From Lachnospiraceae bacterium (GTDB taxonomy: Bacteria > Bacillota > Clostridia > Lachnospirales > Lachnospiraceae), in the NCBI GenBank assembly GCA_045131145.1, contig JBGUQP010000445.1, forward strand, positions 1-34,414: a DNA stretch of 34,414 bases, given 5' to 3'. The notes below the pieces were generated by a model. The model worked only from the letters and a program-made list of their open reading frames with translations. It was not told where the DNA came from and did not search any database. Within the stretch, counting starts at the first letter, position 1. Every line of letters begins with the position of its first letter. Below are positions 28,259 through 34,414 of the stretch, one piece after another. The position numbers were made by a program, and so were the translations under genes.

Positions 28259-29401
28259 TTAGTACTGAGCCTCGATAACAGCGTCTGTAACTTCTGTCAT
28301 AGACTGAGCATTTCCGTCAACTGAGAAGTCTACGATCTGATCCTTAAGTGCATACCAGTTATCGGGAACGAGGATCTGTGCCTCAGGAGTTCCGCCTGAC
28401 TGAAGAGTCTGGATAACCTTCTCAACTGTAGGAGCTGCAAGAGGATTACACTCGAAGTCTGCTGTGATCTTGCCGGCCTGAACTTCCTTAAGACCTGCTG
28501 TACAAGCATCGTAAGAGATAAGGATTACATCGTTGCCGGGACCATACTTAACACCTGCGTTATCCATGGCTGTCATAGCACCGAATGCTTCGTTATCATT
28601 CTCACAAATAACTACGTTGAACTTGCCTGCATATGACTTACAGAAGGACTCCATAACTTCCTGACCGCCTGCCTCGGTGAAGTCACCGGTCTGAGCATCA
28701 AGCTCGTTCCAACCTTCAGCCTTAGCAATCTCTCTGAAGCCGTCGGTACGTCCGATCTGAGCTGATGAACCAGTGGTACCCTGGATGATGAGGTAGTTGA
28801 TCTCGCTGATGCCCTGCTTAGCTGCGTAAGCCTTGAGCCACTCGCCTGCTGCCTTACCTTCTGTAAGGAAGTCAGAACCAACCCATGATACATACTTGTC
28901 TGAATCATCGATTGTACGGTCGATAACGATTACAGGGATGCCTGCGTCTTCACACTCGGTAAGAACTGTATCCCAACCTGTTGCTACGATAGGGTCGATG
29001 ATGATGTAATCAACGTCCTGTTCGATGAATGATCTTACTGCCTCAAGCTGTGCTGCTGAATCGTTGTCACAGTCAACGAAGCTTAAGTTGTAGCCGTTAG
29101 CCTCTGAGAAAACGTCCTGACATGACTTTGTTGAAGCTGTACGCCAATCTGATTCATGTCCAACCTGTGCGAAACCTACATTGATAAGATCGCCTGAAGC
29201 TGCCTCTTCTGCAGGTGCCTCTTCCTCTGCAGGTGCCTCTTCCTCTGCAGGAGCCTCTTCCTCTGCAGGTGCTGCTTCCTCTGCTGCAGGTGCTGCGGGT
29301 GCCTCTGCTGCGGGTGCAGGTGCTGCTGCCTGGCCTCCGCAAGCTGCGAGTGCCAGTGCCATTGTTGATGCAAGAATTAATGCCAATGCTTTCTTTTTCA
29401 T
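28259..29401 (-). CDS. Sugar-binding lipoprotein (YtfQ-like, PBP type I) with a Pro/Ala/Glu-rich tether
   Basis: Signal and lipobox MKKKALALILASTMALALAACGG, then the linker AAPAPAAEAPAAPAAEEAAPAEEEAPAEEEAPAEEEAPAEEAASG, then INVGFAQVGHESDWRTASTKS...IPVIVIDR...WVGSDF. Confidence 0.9.
   Translation of the reverse strand: MKKKALALILASTMALALAACGGQAAAPAPAAEAPAAPAAEEAAPAEEEAPAEEEAPAEEEAPAEEAASGDLINVGFAQVGHESDWRTASTKSCQDVFSEANGYNLSFVDCDNDSAAQLEAVRSFIEQDVDYIIIDPIVATGWDTVLTECEDAGIPVIVIDRTIDDSDKYVSWVGSDFLTEGKAAGEWLKAYAAKQGISEINYLIIQGTTGSSAQIGRTDGFREIAKAEGWNELDAQTGDFTEAGGQEVMESFCKSYAGKFNVVICENDNEAFGAMTAMDNAGVKYGPGNDVILISYDACTAGLKEVQAGKITADFECNPLAAPTVEKVIQTLQSGGTPEAQILVPDNWYALKDQIVDFSVDGNAQSMTEVTDAVIEAQY
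29202..29291. repeat. Tandem 18-bp repeats (GCCTCTTCCTCTGCAGGT, about 4-5 units with variants) encoding the (APAEEE)n linker
   Basis: Full units at 29217-29234, 29235-29252 and 29253-29270, flanked by degenerate units. Confidence 0.85.
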
Positions 29402-29565
29402 AACTCTCTCTCCTATAAATTTGATTACACAAAGGCCTAGTCCTTTGATGATTACATCTTATGATGCATTTTATGAATAATAAATGAAGAAAAATCAGCA
29501 GATGTTGTTTTTTTTTATCAAATGTGAATAAAAAGTTAACTTTTTTACTCTTTTGTATGAATTTT

Positions 29566-31023
29566 TTAAGGAAGGGGGAGAAGGATGGTAACCGTGGTAC
29601 CTTCTCCGTAGATGGAATCTATATGGATACCGTATCTTGAACCAAACTTAAGCTTGATACGCTCATTAACATTGGAAAGACCGAATACATCACCCTCATC
29701 CTGTTCCGTTTCAAACACGCCGGGATCGTTCATCTTCTCACTTACCTTCTCAAGCCTCTCAGGAGTCATACCCATACCGTTATCTTCTATATATATGTAG
29801 ATACATCCATTTTCGGATTTTCCCGTAATGGTGATACTGCCCCTTCCCCTCTTATTCTTAATGCCATGATAGAGGGCATTCTCCACTAGAGGCTGGAGTG
29901 TTATCTTGGGAACGGGAGCATTATATACTTCCTGAGGGACCTCTATGGAATAATCCAGAATATCCTGATATCTAACCTGCTGGATCTCAAGGTAGCTTCT
30001 GACATGGTCAAGCTCATCCTTTACTGTCACCTGGTCTTTGCCTTCTCCGAGGCTGGCCCTGAAAAACTTGGAGAGGCTGCCTACCATGCTGACAACACGT
30101 GCCTGGTCTCCGGCCTCAGCAAGCCAGACGATCGTATCAAGCGTATTATACAGAAAATGCGGATTTATCTGACTCTGTAAAAGCTCAAGTTCAGCCCTTC
30201 TTAAACTTTCCTGTTCGATCCTTACCTGATCGAGCAGACGGCTTATACGGTCAATCATCTCATTAAAAGATTCACTAAGGACCGCTATCTCCGATGATCC
30301 CGTGTCTACACCTGCACGGACCGAAAGATCCCCTCTTGCAACCTTTTCGGTAGCTTTGGACAGTTCTCTAACGGGTCTTGTTATGGACTGGGATATATAA
30401 TAGGAAATAAAAACCACCAAAAGACCCACAGCAATGGCTGCTATGATGATATATGTAAACATCGATGTATAAAACTCATTGATCTGGGCTCTTGCCTCTC
30501 TTAAGTCCTGGAGTTCATAATATATAAACTGGAGTATGGTCTCTCGGACAAGATAGGTAACTATCTGTACATCGTTTTCCCATATCTCGATATTTTCTTC
30601 GTATTTATCCCCATCCTTTAAATTTTGTTCTATACGGGATGCATAGGTATTAAGATTCCTTAAATATTTACTTGCATCATCGAGTCTTGCGGCATTCTCG
30701 GGATTTATGTTCTCACTTTTTGCGAGTCCATCAACAACAGTTGTTGCTTCCTTTAGCATCTTGTTAAGGTCAGATTCGGCAAATGATTTTGACTCAACGA
30801 TCACAAGATATATCTCATAATCGAAATCCTTCTTGAAATCAAGGGAAAACTGACTCGCCCTGTCAACATCGTCAATAAGCTCGTCATACCGCTTATTCTG
30901 AACAGACAGGGTGTAAAGCATGATACCCATAAATGTTACGACGGGAATAAGAATAATGATATATGACATCCTGATCCTGTTGGCCAGCGATGTGTTCTCA
31001 TAGAGGGACCGAAGCCATTTCAT
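29566..31023 (-). CDS. Sensor histidine kinase, YesM/LytS-like (2 TM, extracytoplasmic domain, HAMP, His_kinase, HATPase)
   Basis: TM segments YIIILIPVVTFMGIMLYTL and FTYIIIAAIAVGLLVVFISYYI. HAMP region ITRPVRELSKATEKVARGDL. H-box QINPHFLYNTLDTI. ATPase region VENALYHG...DNGMGM. Confidence 0.9.
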   Translation of the reverse strand: MKWLRSLYENTSLANRIRMSYIIILIPVVTFMGIMLYTLSVQNKRYDELIDDVDRASQFSLDFKKDFDYEIYLVIVESKSFAESDLNKMLKEATTVVDGLAKSENINPENAARLDDASKYLRNLNTYASRIEQNLKDGDKYEENIEIWENDVQIVTYLVRETILQFIYYELQDLREARAQINEFYTSMFTYIIIAAIAVGLLVVFISYYISQSITRPVRELSKATEKVARGDLSVRAGVDTGSSEIAVLSESFNEMIDRISRLLDQVRIEQESLRRAELELLQSQINPHFLYNTLDTIVWLAEAGDQARVVSMVGSLSKFFRASLGEGKDQVTVKDELDHVRSYLEIQQVRYQDILDYSIEVPQEVYNAPVPKITLQPLVENALYHGIKNKRGRGSITITGKSENGCIYIYIEDNGMGMTPERLEKVSEKMNDPGVFETEQDEGDVFGLSNVNERIKLKFGSRYGIHIDSIYGEGTTVTILLPLP

Positions 31024-32651
31024 CAGGGCTGATCCTCCTTTATATGGCCTGTATTTCTGTACTGGGTAGGAGTCATACCCTGAGTCTTCTTGAAGAGATA
31101 GGAAAAATAATGAGGATCCTTATAACCCACCTCAACACTTATATCAACACTTCTCTTGCCTGTACAGCGAAGAAGTTCCTTGGCCTTATCCATCCTGTAG
31201 TCGGTAAGGTATTTGATAAAGGTCTCTCCGGTCTGGCCCGAAAAGATCATGCTTAAATGGTTGGGTGAGAAATTGACCCTGCTTGCAAGTGTGTTGAGGG
31301 ATAGATTCTCATCTCCGTAATGCTCGTCTATATATGATCTTACTTCATCGATAATGTCTCCGTATCTGTTGGAAGCCTGATTATCGCGAAGGTTGATGGC
31401 AGATTTTATTACCTTTAAAATATAGGCTCTTGTTTTTTCGGCATCCGATACATCACCTGCCGCAACATCAAAGGGACTTATCGCGTTTCTTTCAAGGCCA
31501 CGTTCTTCCAGAAAAGCCGATACGGCAAAATAAACGTCGGTAGCAATATACTGACGGAACATCGTTGAATTCAGTGCATTCTCCCCAAGACCCGTTAAGA
31601 ATTCATCAACAAAATAAACCGTTTCCTGTTCGGTACCCTTTTTAAGGAATTCACTTATCCTGTTCCTGTCAAGAGAAGACGGATCAACACTTTGTAAGTT
31701 GAACTTCTCGGATACGGTATCGGTACTTTCATTTACCGTATCAGCATAGTCAAATATCCGGCTCACGTCTGTCATATACCTGTGGGCATATGCGTGAGAA
31801 GCCTTCTCATAGGATTCATGGACCTGAGTGAGCCTTCCCACACTTACTCCTATGCCACCGTAGTAATTGACGTAATCATATTCTGCCATTATTGCAAGAA
31901 GCTTATCGATCGTATCCTTTATCAGAGCATCAAGCTGGTCTGATGATTCTGCCTTAAAGAGGATTGCCTTGCCTTCTATGGTATGATCGAAGATCAGGGC
32001 CCCTGCTCCCTCAAAGACCTCCTGAAGCCTTTTATATATCTCAACCACGCTTGTTGAGTATTCATCCTCTTCGTGATGGGTGGATATCGCCTTGAAGAGA
32101 AAGACATTATAAGCGCCTGCGGATATATCTACCGATAACCGGTCGGCAAGCTCTATTATCTCTCCGGCACTTGAATTACCCTCGACCATGCGTTTAAAGA
32201 GCTCTGTTCTCTCTTTAAGGGAATTCTCGGCCATCTCACGTGCGTATTTCTCCTTAAGTTCCCTCTCCTGCTTGCTCTTTTCGACCTTAATTGCCAGCTT
32301 ATCGAGCTCGGCGATAAGTTCATCCCCGCTTATGGGCTTGTTAAGGTAATGGGCCACCCCTATGGCTATTGCTTCTTTTGCATAGTCAAACTCTGCATAA
32401 CCCGAGAGTATGATCACCTCCATCCACGGGAATTCCTTTTTGACAAGCCGGGACAGTTCCAATCCGTCCATAAAGGGCATCTTAATATCGGTTATCACTA
32501 TATCCGGCTTAAGCTTCTGAATAAGGGGTAAAGCCAATTCCCCGTCAGACGCTTCGCCCACGAATTCATAACCGTGTGCCTGCCAGTCTATATTGTTCTT
32601 TATGCCTTCTCTGACGACATATTCATCTTCTGCAAGAAAAATCTTCAGCAT
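31023..32651 (-). CDS. Response regulator, YesN-like (REC domain plus a C-terminal AraC-type HTH)
   Basis: The REC domain reads MLKIFLAEDE...PDIVITDIKMPFMDGLEL. The C-terminus reads LSLNTLASRVNFSPNHLSMIFSGQTGETFIKYLTDYRMDKAKELL...VGYKDPHYFSYLFKKTQGMTPTQYR. The stop overlaps the kinase ATG by 1 nt. Confidence 0.9.
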   Translation of the reverse strand: MLKIFLAEDEYVVREGIKNNIDWQAHGYEFVGEASDGELALPLIQKLKPDIVITDIKMPFMDGLELSRLVKKEFPWMEVIILSGYAEFDYAKEAIAIGVAHYLNKPISGDELIAELDKLAIKVEKSKQERELKEKYAREMAENSLKERTELFKRMVEGNSSAGEIIELADRLSVDISAGAYNVFLFKAISTHHEEDEYSTSVVEIYKRLQEVFEGAGALIFDHTIEGKAILFKAESSDQLDALIKDTIDKLLAIMAEYDYVNYYGGIGVSVGRLTQVHESYEKASHAYAHRYMTDVSRIFDYADTVNESTDTVSEKFNLQSVDPSSLDRNRISEFLKKGTEQETVYFVDEFLTGLGENALNSTMFRQYIATDVYFAVSAFLEERGLERNAISPFDVAAGDVSDAEKTRAYILKVIKSAINLRDNQASNRYGDIIDEVRSYIDEHYGDENLSLNTLASRVNFSPNHLSMIFSGQTGETFIKYLTDYRMDKAKELLRCTGKRSVDISVEVGYKDPHYFSYLFKKTQGMTPTQYRNTGHIKEDQP

Positions 32652-32690
32652 TATCTTCTTACCTCGTTTAGTATTCTGCTACAATACATA

Positions 32691-32719
32691 ATTCTATAAA
32701 ATATCCTTCTTACAGGCAA
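32691..32719 (-). promoter_or_regulatory. Candidate sigma-A promoter for the two-component operon (TTGCCT-17-TAGAAT)
   Basis: On the minus strand, TTGCCT is at 32719-32714 and TAGAAT at 32696-32691. This is hexamer reading only. Confidence 0.45.
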
Positions 32720-32767
32720 GCTTGATGCCCGATATTTTAAAAATTTTGTGCTGTTTGGGATAATTAC

Positions 32768-32804
32768 CGCAAAAAGCCAGCCACCGCAAATATCACGGTG
32801 GCTG
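32768..32804 (-). terminator. Rho-independent terminator after the 359-aa gene
   Basis: The minus strand reads CAGCCACCG-TGATATTTG-CGGTGGCTG followed by GCTTTTTGCGG. Confidence 0.75.
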
Positions 32805-32832
32805 TTGTATAATAAAGCATATGACAGTCTTA

Positions 32833-33912
32833 TTATCGGGCTATATCCAGGTGCTGGACTGTTCCCGCACTTCCGTTTTCATACAGGAATACCCCTGTTT
32901 TACGGATCATGGCATTTAATGAATTGTCCATACTGCTCTTAAGTGAATAGTCAGTCGACACATTACCCAGAAAGATCGCTCCAACACCCTTTTCGGAAAG
33001 TCCGTACATGGACGTGCTCCCATCTTCATTCATCGAATAGATAATGAGCTTATCCCACACCTCATCGGCCTCGTCGATCCACCCGTTGCCGTCCGAATCA
33101 TAGGCTGCAAGGTCTTTAAAGCCATCTCCCGATCCGGTGCCAAAAAGTTCGGAGCCGTCATTTATGGTTCCGTCTCCGTTTTTATCAAGGGCTAAGAACC
33201 CTGACCCCTTCTTCAGTGTGGATATCGAATCCTTAACTCCGTCCGAATCAATGTCAAATAAGAACTTCTGATCCGATACGCCTGCTATATCGGTATCAAG
33301 GTTAATGACCAGGGGGTCACACAGGCTCTGGATCTTTAAGCTGTGCTCCTTCTCATAGTATTCTTCAAACTCCCTGCTCATCTGAAAGCTTAAGTTAAAG
33401 TCAAGCTCACGCCCATCCTTTGTAACAACCTTCCCGTTCGTCCGGTAACTGACGTCTTCGGTCTCTGCAAAATAATGAGCCTCATAACTTGCTATGCCAA
33501 AGGATATCGTATTCCCACTAACCGCTTTTAGGTCTGAGAGTGTATTATCAGGGGTGTACCTGTCATAACCCGGGTCCCTGCATTCATCGCCTATATCTGT
33601 CTCTCGTCCGAACAAAAGCCTTAGAAGATATATGATGCACTGAGTCTTGATACGGCTTATCGCACTTTCTTCGAAATGGTTAGCTGTTATCCTTGATGCT
33701 CCCACGGACCCATACCTTTTCATCAGGCTGTCCATGGAATCCTGGAAGCTGCCTTCCTTATTTACGGCATCCTCCTTTGAATTAGAGTCACTGACGGTCA
33801 GGTTATCCGGCGGTGCTATGCCTAGACTTCCCGTCTGACCGTACGCGTCCATGCGCAATGAGGAGTATCTCCTGACGGATTCCATTCCTACTGAACTTGT
33901 GGAAATGATCAA
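32833..33912 (-). CDS. Uncharacterised protein with three DxDxDG calcium-binding-type loops in the C-terminal half. No signal peptide.
   Basis: TTG start with AAGGAGG 7 nt upstream. The loops are FDIDSDGVKD, LDKNGDGTINDGSELFG and YDSDGNGWIDEADEVW. This module resembles the LDxNGNGxIDdGxELFG...DsNxDGxID region of large proteobacterial calcium-binding proteins. Confidence 0.7.
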   Translation of the reverse strand: MIISTSSVGMESVRRYSSLRMDAYGQTGSLGIAPPDNLTVSDSNSKEDAVNKEGSFQDSMDSLMKRYGSVGASRITANHFEESAISRIKTQCIIYLLRLLFGRETDIGDECRDPGYDRYTPDNTLSDLKAVSGNTISFGIASYEAHYFAETEDVSYRTNGKVVTKDGRELDFNLSFQMSREFEEYYEKEHSLKIQSLCDPLVINLDTDIAGVSDQKFLFDIDSDGVKDSISTLKKGSGFLALDKNGDGTINDGSELFGTGSGDGFKDLAAYDSDGNGWIDEADEVWDKLIIYSMNEDGSTSMYGLSEKGVGAIFLGNVSTDYSLKSSMDNSLNAMIRKTGVFLYENGSAGTVQHLDIAR

Positions 33913-34002
33913 TAGAAATCCTCCTTAAGATAATATTGGTTTTTAGGTACGACGCGTCTGTTATTTATATCGGATTTTGCGGCTGATTCTTAACCGGATC
34001 TC

Positions 34003-34266
34003 TCAATCTTCTTCCAAAACCTGGAATTCGAGATAGTCAAAATCAATGGAATCGATAAAATTGTCCTGATAGAAACGGCATTTGTCGTGACGTTTGAATT
34101 CATTCACGGTGGCGTCAAGCCAAATGGGACGGGAGAGGTCAAAGTCATGGCTTATCTTATCAATAGCGTTGAATACCTTATGGGTCCTGGTATCATCATC
34201 ATGGTCTTCAACAACCATATCCCTAAGTATTTTATTGTCCTTAATAAGCTTTGCCCATATTCGCAT
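34003..34266 (-). CDS. Small acidic hypothetical protein (87 aa)
   Basis: ORF MRIWAKLIKDNKILRDMVVEDHDDDTRTHKVFNAIDKISHDFDLSRPIWLDATVNEFKRHDKCRFYQDNFIDSIDFDYLEFQVLEED, with a GGAAGGAAAG SD-like tract upstream. From memory it resembles a small conserved Clostridia protein of unknown function. Confidence 0.6.
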   Translation of the reverse strand: MRIWAKLIKDNKILRDMVVEDHDDDTRTHKVFNAIDKISHDFDLSRPIWLDATVNEFKRHDKCRFYQDNFIDSIDFDYLEFQVLEED

Positions 34267-34414
34267 ATATCTGACTTTCCTTCCCGAATGTGACGGAAAA
34301 TGCCTCTAAAGGCGTTAAAAAAGTGTGAAAATCGTGCATTTACATCGAATATATGTTATAATAAATTAAGTGAATTTTCCATATTTTTTTGTGGATGTCA
34401 CTTTATTGGATTAC

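Noticed and set aside
29154-29480. Three overlapping ORFs (29154..29432, 29176..29373, 29181..29480) with R/G/S-, Q/H/L- or A/S/G-rich products.
   Set aside because: They are alternative-frame or antisense readings of the 18-bp repeat region of the SBP linker. The lipoprotein frame is the only one with a signal peptide and a conserved domain.
29402-29565. Three ATTCAYA motifs (plus-strand TATGAAT/TGTGAAT at about 29472, 29523 and 29556) as YesN-binding direct repeats in the SBP1 promoter region.
   Set aside because: These are 7-mers in a very AT-rich region with irregular spacing (51 and 33 bp). That is not distinguishable from chance without comparative data.

Overview
This is a chromosomal segment whose gene content looks like Clostridia/Lachnospiraceae; that taxon is my inference and is not verified. 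I can support 31 protein-coding genes, all but one on the minus strand.

- **Left ~3.9 kb:** the replication/partition end of an integrated plasmid-like or conjugative element. In minus-strand order it encodes a small basic protein, ParA, ParB, a RepA_N initiator, a small membrane protein and a truncated zinc-ribbon protein. It abuts the 3' end of lysS.
- **Core genes:** lysS, greA, a dus-family gene, coaX, two small uncharacterised genes, argF, an SH3/SleB-type cell-wall hydrolase, proC, a TrmH-family methyltransferase, pfkA, dnaE, metK behind a SAM-I riboswitch, an aconitase-family hydratase, queT behind a candidate preQ1-II-like riboswitch, and an HD-GYP protein (the only plus-strand gene).
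- **Right end:** a YesN/YesM-type two-component system followed by a YtfQRT/YjfF-type sugar ABC transporter with two paralogous binding proteins. Then come two uncharacterised genes: a 359-aa protein with DxDxDG calcium-type loops and an 87-aa acidic protein.

I see no rRNA, tRNA, CRISPR array, transposase or integrase.

I did not find a complete, clearly novel multi-gene system. The best leads are:
1. The element's rep/par module: 24-bp repeats inside rep, twin 27-bp palindromes, and an extra small basic protein coupled to parA.
2. A preQ1-II-like leader in front of queT.
3. The sensor/transporter locus with two binding proteins.
4. The 87-aa/359-aa gene pair.

Everything comes from reading the sequence and the ORF translations. 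No database search or RNA-model scan was run.
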